Part shown: positions 9,673-17,289 of the stretch, in pieces
Layout: every line of letters starts with the position of its first letter
How positions within the stretch are numbered: the stretch's first letter is position 1
Source: a virus
Taxonomy: Duplodnaviria > Caudoviricetes
Reading direction: 5' to 3' (one strand)
IMG/VR virus record: IMGVR_UViG_3300045919_000132
Span: 1-51,286 of that record
Length of the DNA stretch: 51,286 nt
Program-made: the position numbers and the translations under genes
Notes under the pieces: generated by a model
Told to the model about the DNA's origin: nothing
Database searches by the model: none
Seen by the model: the letters and a program-made list of their open reading frames with translations, nothing else

Positions 9673-10312
9673 GGATCAACTCCTTAACGTAATGATTGAA
9701 CTCACAATCTTGGGGCATAAACTCAGGATGACCTTGGACGGCAAGGGACTTCGTTTTGGGAAACCACACAATCTCAGGCTCACCAAACTTGGCGACATTC
9801 TCCTCCTCTATCTCACTCAACCCCTCATAAACAGAAGAGAGATGCCGAGTAGACCAAGCAATGAGGCGATGATCAACATCAAAAGGATACATCATCTGAT
9901 GATGCACCGAGGAAGTGATGATTTGCCGTTTATCGTCCGTGGTAATCTCGTGGTCACCCCCGTGACGATCCACATGCTGCGCCAATTTACCCCCGGACAT
10001 AGCACATACAAGTTGAGCACCTCGACACACGCCGAGGATAGGCACTCCAAACGCTTGGGCGCACTTGACCAAATCTATTTCGGCTTGATCTTGACGGCTC
10101 GGCTTGTCATTGGCAAACGACGCCACGTTGGGCATACCGTAGATGGAAGGCGAAATGTCGGCCCCTCCCCAAATGATCAGCAGATCATCTTTGGTGGGTT
10201 GATGTGCTTCCATGTCCTTGGGCGTATACGCTTTGATGCCCTCAGTACAAATATCACCAAAGGGATAAATACGTCCGGCACCAGTGCCATAACCTGCGCT
10301 AAAAATCCTCAT
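9659..10312 (-). CDS. Class I glutamine amidotransferase / peptidase C26 (PuuD-like gamma-glutamyl hydrolase)
   Basis: GGADISP, GVCRGAQ (catalytic Cys), SVHHQ, QGHPE (His-Glu). Confidence 0.9.
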   Translation of the reverse strand: MRIFSAGYGTGAGRIYPFGDICTEGIKAYTPKDMEAHQPTKDDLLIIWGGADISPSIYGMPNVASFANDKPSRQDQAEIDLVKCAQAFGVPILGVCRGAQLVCAMSGGKLAQHVDRHGGDHEITTDDKRQIITSSVHHQMMYPFDVDHRLIAWSTRHLSSVYEGLSEIEEENVAKFGEPEIVWFPKTKSLAVQGHPEFMPQDCEFNHYVKELIHEYC

Positions 10313-10725
10313 TTCGTTTGCTTGTCCTTTTCGACAGTATAAGTCCACATTTCGATCATGTTGCCGGTATTGGGGTTCTTGAAAGCCTCCCCAATCAAAT
10401 TCCAACCCCCTTCAATCAAAGCATCTTGATATTGGTCAGCGTATTTCCATGAGGTTACCAGCCCCAAGAAAATCTGATTGACGGACCAATCCACCTCGGA
10501 ACTGCGTCGAAAAACTTCAAGAACGTTTTCAAGATTGTCCGTGTCGTATTCGGAACTTTCGGCATCTCCATCAAAGTCATATACATCATCTGGATACACT
10601 TGGAACCCACGAACTTCATGAATTCCACAGCAGCCTCCGTAATCTGTGTCGAAAACGAGAGTTTTCCCAATTTTTACGCTGTCATACTCCCGCGTAATTT
10701 TTCGAGGTTTCTCTACTTTAGGCAT
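10309..10725 (-). CDS. Hypothetical protein
   Basis: MPKVEK...YGGCCGIHEV...FKNPNTGN; overlaps both neighbours. Confidence 0.7.
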   Translation of the reverse strand: MPKVEKPRKITREYDSVKIGKTLVFDTDYGGCCGIHEVRGFQVYPDDVYDFDGDAESSEYDTDNLENVLEVFRRSSEVDWSVNQIFLGLVTSWKYADQYQDALIEGGWNLIGEAFKNPNTGNMIEMWTYTVEKDKQTK

Positions 10726-11026
10726 TGACCAATTCTCCCTGAGCATTGAAACGTTTCTGTTGAAGCGGAGCGCGAGGCACTTCAATTGCTGAACGAGCCT
10801 CATAAATGATGAAAACCACACCGGGATGTTCATTGGCGAGGGCAGTGGCCCATCGTTCAGCATCAGGTAGGGTGAAGAATCCTTCCTTAATGCCTTTAGC
10901 GATTTTCTCGGCACCCAGTTGATGGGCGTCCGGATCGGCCCGGAGAGTTGCTCGATCCACACCGGGAAGATTTAGCCTTTCGATGGTGGGGTTTGGATCA
11001 GAAGGTGCCACAACAAATTTAAACAC
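10718..11026 (-). CDS. Hypothetical protein
   Basis: 102 aa; GGGAG RBS, GTG start. Confidence 0.7.
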   Translation of the reverse strand: MFKFVVAPSDPNPTIERLNLPGVDRATLRADPDAHQLGAEKIAKGIKEGFFTLPDAERWATALANEHPGVVFIIYEARSAIEVPRAPLQQKRFNAQGELVNA

Positions 11027-11039
11027 TGTTTATAACTCC

Positions 11040-11333
11040 CTAGTCATCGGTTGACATGACATTAAAAAATCTATCCATATCCTCTTGGATGTTTTCACAA
11101 CGTTGATACCCATACATGTTTTTTAAGAAGTCCAGCTTTTCTTCACCACGAACTGAAAAGGTGTGGCATGAGGTGAACTGCGTTCCCTGAAGAATATCCA
11201 ACAGGATGAAGGCTTGGGCTGCCTCGGTTTGTTCCGAATAACCATCATCGTAAACCTGTTGGATACTGTAGTAAAAAAAGTAACGTTGTCCCCCACCAAA
11301 ATAAAAAATCCAACAACGCCACAACTCGTCCAT
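11040..11333 (-). CDS. Hypothetical protein
   Basis: 97 aa, coupled to the upstream stop. Confidence 0.6.
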   Translation of the reverse strand: MDELWRCWIFYFGGGQRYFFYYSIQQVYDDGYSEQTEAAQAFILLDILQGTQFTSCHTFSVRGEEKLDFLKNMYGYQRCENIQEDMDRFFNVMSTDD

Positions 11334-11929
11334 CAGACAACTCCTCGGATACGTTGAAATTCCTCATGACTAGGACATTTGGAAATTAGCGACAACTCCG
11401 CATAATCACACCATTGGAGTGGACGCTCTCCTGCTTGCCGGTTAAACCACGCCACACCAACGGGCTGGATTCGGTGAAGGATGGGGTTGTTGTTCACCAA
11501 TTGAGGAACAGGACTTGTTTGAATCACAACTCCCCACGACCAAGGATTTTCAACCATCAACAGTTTAAGGGTGCGACAAACAACCGCGCCCCTGACAAAC
11601 CCAAACCGTTGGGCAGCCTCTTCTGCTAACCGAGCCAATCGTTGCAGTTCGGGAGCAAAAGAAGTCTCCCCTATTTGTGGTGTTTTGGGTTGAAAAGGCA
11701 CTACCATGCCGCTACGGGGAAACGTCGAAGATTGACCAAGAAATTCTTGATCCACCGTGATCGCAGCACCAAATGAGTGCTTGATCTTACTTGATTCGGA
11801 GTTTAATTGCCGCATAATCTTCCGGGGAAAGAGCTTGACCACCAACCAACGCGAGGGTGCGACCTTTGACCTCAAACCGGGACCAGTTCTTCCAACCCAG
11901 TCCGGTAAAAACGTCGTAGGTGCGGCCAT
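11333..11929 (-). CDS. Hypothetical protein
   Basis: 198-aa ORF; true start may lie downstream. Confidence 0.55.
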   Translation of the reverse strand: MAAPTTFLPDWVGRTGPGLRSKVAPSRWLVVKLFPRKIMRQLNSESSKIKHSFGAAITVDQEFLGQSSTFPRSGMVVPFQPKTPQIGETSFAPELQRLARLAEEAAQRFGFVRGAVVCRTLKLLMVENPWSWGVVIQTSPVPQLVNNNPILHRIQPVGVAWFNRQAGERPLQWCDYAELSLISKCPSHEEFQRIRGVV

Positions 11930-11953
11930 TTACTTGCAGGATAATGGGCATGT

Positions 11954-12289
11954 TTACAGTTCTCCGTCGTTCTCGTAGTACATGTCATTCACAAATTCCC
12001 GCACCACTTGATGAGCCAGTTCATTCGGCTCTTTCTTGACGGTGTAGGGAATCTTCTTCATGCGGCCTTCCGCAATCTGGCGACCGGTTTTCTTGTTGAA
12101 TACATCATTGCCACCACAAGTAGCAACGCCGACCAGAATCGTCTCGTTATCGACCTCGGTGAACGCAGCAGTGTAGCCGTTGCGCATGTAGCCCTTACCG
12201 ACAGGCTCGAAATGCATGGTCTTGGTGGTGTTGTGGACGAACTTGGTAACAGCGGCTGCAACTGAGGCAACGGTAGTGCGAACTGGCAT
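11954..12289 (-). CDS. Phage hypothetical protein
   Basis: C..NDVFNKKTGRQIA motif typical of small phage proteins; AAGGA RBS. Confidence 0.8.
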   Translation of the reverse strand: MPVRTTVASVAAAVTKFVHNTTKTMHFEPVGKGYMRNGYTAAFTEVDNETILVGVATCGGNDVFNKKTGRQIAEGRMKKIPYTVKKEPNELAHQVVREFVNDMYYENDGEL

Positions 12290-12327
12290 TTTATATCCTT
12301 GTTAAAAGTTATAGACAGTATCTATAA
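12286..12327. repeat. 42-bp direct repeat copy 1 (palindrome A + half B + RBS + ATG)
   Basis: gcattttatatccttgttaaaagttatagacagtatctataa, identical to 13922..13963. Confidence 0.95.
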
Positions 12328-12516
12328 TTAAGCGGGAAAAACGTACTGCTCAAACTCGGCGAAAGCATCTTCGCCAGAGGCAACATTGATTTTGGTTACG
12401 GGTTGTTCAGGGGAAAAAAGCTCTCCAGAGGGGGGTGAATCGGCCGAATCGTAAAACAACTCGGTACAGGTGACACACAGTTCGGGCTTACCGCATTGCC
12501 CACAAAAATGGCTCAA
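12328..12516 (-). CDS. Small Cys-motif hypothetical protein
   Basis: CGQC...CVTC; TTG start. Confidence 0.5.
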   Translation of the reverse strand: MSHFCGQCGKPELCVTCTELFYDSADSPPSGELFSPEQPVTKINVASGEDAFAEFEQYVFPA

Positions 12517-12632
12517 GTTGCTTGAACTTTCTTCATGAGTGAAACATATTCTTTCGATGGGGTATTCATGTACGCGCGATATGACTTCAAGGCATTGCGC
12601 CCGATGCGCGAAAAGATGGGAGTAGAGATATG

Positions 12633-12656
12633 AAAAAGCTGCCCGAAGGCAGCTTT
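12633..12656 (-). terminator. Rho-independent terminator
   Basis: AAAGCTGCC-TTCG-GGCAGCTTTTT: C(UUCG)G loop followed by a U tract. Confidence 0.85.
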
Positions 12657-12673
12657 CTTGGTTGCGAGGGTGA

Positions 12674-13012
12674 TCACTTGGTTTCTTTCGGTGCGATCAG
12701 TTTGTCGAGTTCCTTGTCAATCAACTGCTTGACTTTCTGCCCAGTGCTGCTGTTGATGGCATCCTTGGCTACGGATGCCCCGGCCATAAGGTACATGGTT
12801 TGTCTGTTTGGCAACATGACCGACGTGATACTGAGGGTGGTGAACGTGGTCAGTACGATTGTCAGCACTTTATAGCGATTGTCAGTTTCTTCGCTGAAAG
12901 CGTGGATACAAAAAATTCCGCCGACCAAGAAGGTTACCAACGTAAAAACCAACATCAAACAGGAAAGGTTTTCTGAAACATTTGCCAAATAAATAAAAGT
13001 TTCGATGCTCAT
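12674..13012 (-). CDS. Membrane protein (2 TM)
   Basis: Two hydrophobic stretches; P....MYLMAG motif. Confidence 0.75.
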   Translation of the reverse strand: MSIETFIYLANVSENLSCLMLVFTLVTFLVGGIFCIHAFSEETDNRYKVLTIVLTTFTTLSITSVMLPNRQTMYLMAGASVAKDAINSSTGQKVKQLIDKELDKLIAPKETK

Positions 13013-13302
13013 GCTTTGACCTCGATTTGAACTTCATCGGAACAGGGGGTCCACGTGGATGGGATGTGTAGGCCATTGACTACAGTGGGAATGATCGTTC
13101 CCCCTTGGCGGCGATAGAGTCGCACCGATACGGACACAGGCTCGGGTTGGATGCGATATTCAAACCGAGAAAAATCCCACGACGCATCTTCTGCTTGGAT
13201 GTTTTCCCACGGACAGGTTGGGCATACACGAAACTGGACAATTTGGCCTTCGGCAGCAGCCAAAAGAATGGCGCTTGCGGCGCGAATTTGATCGACGTTC
13301 AT
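13009..13302 (-). CDS. Phage hypothetical protein
   Basis: WDFSRFEYRIQP motif; ATGA coupling. Confidence 0.75.
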   Translation of the reverse strand: MNVDQIRAASAILLAAAEGQIVQFRVCPTCPWENIQAEDASWDFSRFEYRIQPEPVSVSVRLYRRQGGTIIPTVVNGLHIPSTWTPCSDEVQIEVKA

Positions 13303-13601
13303 TTTCCAGCAAGCTCCATCAGGTTGACTTCCTTGGACAGATCTGCGAGACGGCGTTGATTATCGACCCGCGTTGCCGTACCTTGAATCACCACACCTTC
13401 ACGACCCGTGGCAAAACGTTGACGCCGACGAGCGGCACGGTTGATGTGCGTGGAACGTGCCGGAGGCGGCAATTGCGGCGGCGAGTTGTAGGTTTTGACC
13501 GGCGGCGGAGCCGAGAACAGATCATGCAGCATGACCAAGATCAAACCGCCGATAAGCAGGATGGGCACAACATACGACAACATCGACCAGATGAAGTTCA
13601 T
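13299..13601 (-). CDS. Single-TM basic hypothetical protein
   Basis: N-terminal hydrophobic helix, Pro/Arg-rich tail, GGAG RBS. Confidence 0.7.
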   Translation of the reverse strand: MNFIWSMLSYVVPILLIGGLILVMLHDLFSAPPPVKTYNSPPQLPPPARSTHINRAARRRQRFATGREGVVIQGTATRVDNQRRLADLSKEVNLMELAGK

Positions 13602-13639
13602 TGCGGAATCTCCAAAGGAAAGTGAATCAAGGTAACGAA

Positions 13640-13676
13640 ACAAACAACAACAAGGGCCACCACTAGCAGGTAGCCC
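13640..13676 (-). terminator. Possible weak terminator
   Basis: GGGCTACC-N7-GGTGGCCC followed by TTGTTGTTGTTTGT. Confidence 0.4.
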
Positions 13677-13682
13677 AGTACT

Positions 13683-13925
13683 TCAAACAAATGCCACATC
13701 GTCAAACGAGGGGCGATCTTCGGGAAAGACTTCCTCGACAATAGGGAAACGAGCCAAACCTCGTGCAGTACGGAATTCCTTCAGGTGTTTGGCCGATTGA
13801 ATGGCGTCGTGGGCGGTGAAGGCCTCGACGGTTCCGATGTTTTCGAGGTTGGATTCGAATTCATCCGGCTTGTTGGGGCGTTGAACACGGGTCACACGCT
13901 GTTGCTGGAACAGAGAGAAGAGCAT
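13683..13925 (-). CDS. Hypothetical protein
   Basis: 80 aa; starts within repeat copy 2, with an AAGGA RBS. Confidence 0.75.
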   Translation of the reverse strand: MLFSLFQQQRVTRVQRPNKPDEFESNLENIGTVEAFTAHDAIQSAKHLKEFRTARGLARFPIVEEVFPEDRPSFDDVAFV

Positions 13926-13963
13926 TTTATATCCTTGTTAAAAGTTATAGACAGTATCTATAA
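13922..13963. repeat. 42-bp direct repeat copy 2
   Basis: Identical to 12286..12327; palindrome A at 13945..13963. Confidence 0.95.
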
Positions 13964-13965
13964 AT

Positions 13966-14048
13966 TGGTGCCCGATATGGGAGTCGAACCCATATGCTTG
14001 CGCGAGGGATTTTAAGTCCCTTGTGTCTACCATTTTCACCAATCGGGC
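13966..14048 (-). tRNA. tRNA-Leu (TAA)
   Basis: GCCCGAT acceptor stem, AGGGA-CTTAAAA-TCCCT anticodon arm, long variable arm, GGTTCGACTCC, encoded CCA; 83 nt. Confidence 0.95.
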
Positions 14049-14055
14049 TTGTTGA

Positions 14056-14283
14056 TTAGCCGATGTTGTCCGCAGGATCGGGAACGTCAGCCCACGAATC
14101 CACGACGTACACACTGTTTCGTGTCTCGACGCAATTTTCATCGTGGTTCACCACATCGCTCGTGATGATGCTGCCCCCAATCGTGCAGTTGGGATTGTCA
14201 ACATTGGTGCCCATCAGGATTTTCCGACTACCCCAAAAACTGTCGTAAAGCCTTGCATGGGTAATGTGATACGTAGGTTTCAT
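14056..14283 (-). CDS. Phage hypothetical protein
   Basis: IITSDVV...VETRNSVY motif; leader shares the TAACTTTTAACAAGGAT repeat. Confidence 0.8.
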   Translation of the reverse strand: MKPTYHITHARLYDSFWGSRKILMGTNVDNPNCTIGGSIITSDVVNHDENCVETRNSVYVVDSWADVPDPADNIG

Positions 14284-14382
14284 TTTTTATCCTTGTTAAA
14301 AGTTACAGTTTGACAGACCAAGAACCATTTGGCAGTGTAACAACCTGCCATTTGGTTTGATCAACCCAACCTGCACCCATGA

Positions 14383-14598
14383 TTACAGGTACAGCCCTTT
14401 GGCGGAGAGTTGCGCGGCGATGCTTGAGGCACCGTAGCGTTTCACCGTAATGGCGTGCTTATCGACCGTGGATTTGTGAGTCTCAGCGATGACGCGAGCA
14501 GTTTTGTCGCGTTGCTGTTTCAGGGTCCGCGCCAGATTGCGTGCGGCCTGTTCGTCCGAGATACGGACAGTGCTAACGTTCGTTTGATTCGTGTTCAT
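14383..14598 (-). CDS. Early hypothetical protein
   Basis: 71 aa, GGGGG RBS. Confidence 0.65.
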   Translation of the reverse strand: MNTNQTNVSTVRISDEQAARNLARTLKQQRDKTARVIAETHKSTVDKHAITVKRYGASSIAAQLSAKGLYL

Positions 14599-14644
14599 GG
14601 CATTACCCCCGTAATGTGATGGAAAAGGTTGAAGCAATTGTTGC

Positions 14645-14839
14645 TTACAGCGGATTGCGGCGCAGGGATTGCAGACCCGGCGTGTGGATCACTTCGTGAT
14701 CCGTGAACGTGTGACGCTCGAAACCACGCGGCACATCTTCCACAGGCTTGCAACGCGGCACATACTTGGCCGCATTGGAAGGAGTCATCGACGCCAGAAT
14801 GGCCGACAACTTACCGGATTTGCTGGTGAGTTTGCTCAT
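14645..14839 (-). CDS. Early hypothetical protein
   Basis: 64 aa, TAAGGAG RBS. Confidence 0.7.
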   Translation of the reverse strand: MSKLTSKSGKLSAILASMTPSNAAKYVPRCKPVEDVPRGFERHTFTDHEVIHTPGLQSLRRNPL

Positions 14840-15046
14840 TTGAATCTCCTTAATCACGGCAAGACGCCGCGATGTGGTGTGTATCGACCGTGACGCACAC
14901 CACACGCGAGGCACCCTACAGAATGATGTCAGGTTGAGGTGGGAAGGGCCACGACTCGGTGCGTTGAGTGCGCCAGTGATCTCGGGCCATGTTGCAGACA
15001 ATCCGCAACAAAAAAGCGTATTGAGTGGGAATCAGAGGATAAGGCA

Positions 15047-15187
15047 TCATCCCACCTGTATGTCGCAACGGATTGGAATCATCCTGCCATGCCGAGCCAT
15101 GCACTCGAAACGATGCACATCCTTAGCGTTGTACCAATGACGATTGGCTTGGAGTTCAATCCAACGCCGGGTAATGGATTGGAACAT
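15047..15187 (-). CDS. Small early protein (46 aa, not in the ORF track)
   Basis: AAGGA RBS directly after palindrome A; MFQSITRRWIELQANRHW... Confidence 0.5.
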   Translation of the reverse strand: MFQSITRRWIELQANRHWYNAKDVHRFECMARHGRMIPIRCDIQVG

Positions 15188-15200
15188 GGTGAATCCTTTC

Positions 15201-15245
15201 TTATAGATGGTGTCTATAATTAAGTTATAACCCTGTTAAAAGTTA
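15201..15245. repeat. Palindrome A (15201..15219) + palindrome B (15221..15245)
   Basis: ttatagatggtgtctataa-t-taagttataac-cct-gttaaaagtta. Confidence 0.85.
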
Positions 15246-15367
15246 TTGATTGAACAGCAGGACGTTGCGAGCAAACCACAACGGATATCCCTGCAAGCGC
15301 AGGTAAGTGGCAGCCACTTGCGTGTTGCGATGGATTGCCAACCAACGGGCATTGCGAACGTCGCGCA

Positions 15368-15619
15368 TCATGATTTGGAGCCTTTCGCGGCGAGCGCGTG
15401 AATCACGATGCCCACCAAACGGGTCAACAAACGGGACGACACAAACGACATGCCGTTGGTTTTGGCTGCACGGTAGATCAGCACCTTGATCAATTCCTCG
15501 GTGCTGAGTTCCATGCATTTCTGGATTTCCAGACGTATGACGGGATGCACCGGCTTGAGAGGGCCTCGAACGCTGCCCAAAGACGGGCCGGAAAACATGG
15601 TTTCGATGATTTTTTTCAT
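15368..15619 (-). CDS. Early hypothetical protein
   Basis: 83 aa from MKKIIE; GGAG upstream. Confidence 0.6.
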   Translation of the reverse strand: MKKIIETMFSGPSLGSVRGPLKPVHPVIRLEIQKCMELSTEELIKVLIYRAAKTNGMSFVSSRLLTRLVGIVIHALAAKGSKS

Positions 15620-15620
15620 G

Positions 15621-15908
15621 TCAGTGCATCTCCATGACGACGTTGTTGCAGGAGCAGGAGAACCACGTCCAGTCACCCTTACGGACGCAAATCCACTTGC
15701 GGAGTTTCTTGCTGAACACCTCGACGCGACGGTGTTCCAAGATGAATTCCTGCATCTTGGCGTCGCTGCGAAAGGTGCGCTTGTAGGTACGGTTCGGCGC
15801 AGCGTTGCTGCGGAACTCGACCACATGCGATTCGGCAGTGGCAGGTTGCACCACGGTATTGCCACGCTGATAGTTTGCGTGACGTTCGAGCCAACGTGAA
15901 AGTTGCAT
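15621..15908 (-). CDS. Early hypothetical protein
   Basis: 95 aa from MQLSRW; GGGGG RBS. Confidence 0.6.
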   Translation of the reverse strand: MQLSRWLERHANYQRGNTVVQPATAESHVVEFRSNAAPNRTYKRTFRSDAKMQEFILEHRRVEVFSKKLRKWICVRKGDWTWFSCSCNNVVMEMH

Positions 15909-15983
15909 TTTGTTACCCCCGGTACACGGCAAGACGCCGCCGTTAGCCAATTGTATATCGACCCAAAAGGCTAACAGAGTGCC

Positions 15984-16259
15984 CTACCAGTTGGTAGCGA
16001 GAATCCACGCAACAACCATTTGCAACGTGAGGAAAGAAGTTATGGATGAGTGATGACCATTACGAGCAATGGCCCATTCACCGTCGCATTCCCCGAGGTT
16101 GTGCCCGTACAACGTGAAAAAGTGTCGGTCGCACATGGGTTGAGCCATTGCTTCACGCATTTCAGCCATCAATTCGATTGCGTCGGCGGCGCGGAGCAGG
16201 CAGTAGGCACGGGCGGCATCGTGGTTGAACAGATATTTTTCAGCGGAAGGGAACATCAT
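15984..16259 (-). CDS. Early hypothetical protein
   Basis: First ORF after the structured RNA; GGAG RBS. Confidence 0.6.
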   Translation of the reverse strand: MMFPSAEKYLFNHDAARAYCLLRAADAIELMAEMREAMAQPMCDRHFFTLYGHNLGECDGEWAIARNGHHSSITSFLTLQMVVAWILATNW

Positions 16260-16269
16260 ATACTCCAAG

Positions 16270-16821
16270 TAATTAACAGGGTTGTTGTACCCGCAATAGG
16301 CAGATACAACATACTGCTAACTAACCTAAGTGTCACCAGAGATTTTTACGGCATACAGAACCTAATCTCTGCCAAAGGCGTTAGAAATACGTGAAGCGTT
16401 TCGTTTTATAGTTAACGTCCGACTCTGTTTAAGGCTTGGCAATCTTCACTGTGCTTAACGGGTTGAGCACTCCAAGCGGGCAGTCGTATAGGGTTCACCG
16501 GACGTGTGGCCCACCGAACTTATAGACAGTATCTATAAGTTATCGATTTGCCACCACTGTGTGTCGCATGGTTCAGTGGGTTCATTCACCCACCGTGCAG
16601 GGAGATAGTCGGGTTCCATAGGCGTTTCACAACGTACCCATGCGCTCCCTAATACCTATACACGTTTTAGCCATGCGCGGCGTACTTCACACAATGCATT
16701 ACTTAATCAAAGGGGAAAAGAACGAGAACTTATAGACAGTATCTATAAGTATGGGTTGGTTAAGATCGGCGATACCCGAACAACACTGGTTGGCGGGCAC
16801 TGCACTACTAGGACTTCCCCA
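16270..16821 (-). ncRNA. Putative large structured non-coding RNA / 5' leader of unknown family
   Basis: No credible ORF. Starts ~7 nt downstream of a sigma70 -10 box. Nested and abutting complementary segments, G-U pairs and a GNRA loop on the minus strand (see findings). Confidence 0.6.
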
Positions 16822-17134
16822 TGACATATTATACCACACCCCTAGAAATAAGCAAGCAAATCCCGGCACCCAATGCGATAGCTAGAAGAGCCTCTCCTAA
16901 TCCGGTGACACCCCACTCTCTAATTATAGATAGTGTCTATAATTGCCCGTAGTTTAAACACGGTGCCCCACCTACTGGAAACTGTTGTGCCACAACGATC
17001 TCCACACGCAACTGTATATCGACCTTATCTTATAGCCTAAGCCCGTATGATAACAACGGGTGCATTGCACACCCATAGGCGCAGACAGTGCTGTTTGATT
17101 GTGTGGGTACACATAGATATAGATGGTATCTATA
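16520..17134. repeat. Four regularly spaced palindrome A copies
   Basis: 16520..16538, 16730..16748, 16924..16942, 17118..17134. Confidence 0.9.
16828..16855 (-). promoter_or_regulatory. sigma70-like early promoter
   Basis: TTGCTT-16nt-TATAAT with extended -10 TG. Confidence 0.75.
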
Positions 17135-17238
17135 AGTATCCCGTGCATTTTTGTTTATCGTCCCCTGTTTATCGACCCATGCACCGGAACGGTGCACTCG
17201 CTCGCGCAGCGGTGCCGGTGGCGCACAAAATCAGGGCG

Positions 17239-17265
17239 AAAAAAAACCGCGCCTTTCGGCGCGGC
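17239..17265 (-). terminator. Rho-independent terminator
   Basis: CCGCGCC-GAAA-GGCGCGG-TTTTTTTT. Confidence 0.9.
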
Positions 17266-17289
17266 TCAAGTGCTACGGTGTGGGGCGCG

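Noticed and set aside
13966-14048. tRNA as an attP / integration site of a temperate phage
   Set aside because: No integrase or lysogeny module was recognised.
13938-14141. 67-aa ORF
   Set aside because: It overlaps tRNA-Leu and the repeat module.
16270-16821. tmRNA, RNase P RNA, cobalamin or c-di-GMP riboswitch, group I intron
   Set aside because: Only short chance-level resemblances; no tRNA-like ends, tag ORF or ordered conserved cores could be identified.
16520-17134. CRISPR array
   Set aside because: Repeats are only 17-25 bp, spacers are ~175-190 bp, no cas genes were seen, and the same motif is dispersed elsewhere in the genome.
16972-17148. 58-aa minus-strand ORF MHGILIDT...
   Set aside because: It lies after a strong terminator, has a poorly spaced SD and runs through repeat motifs.
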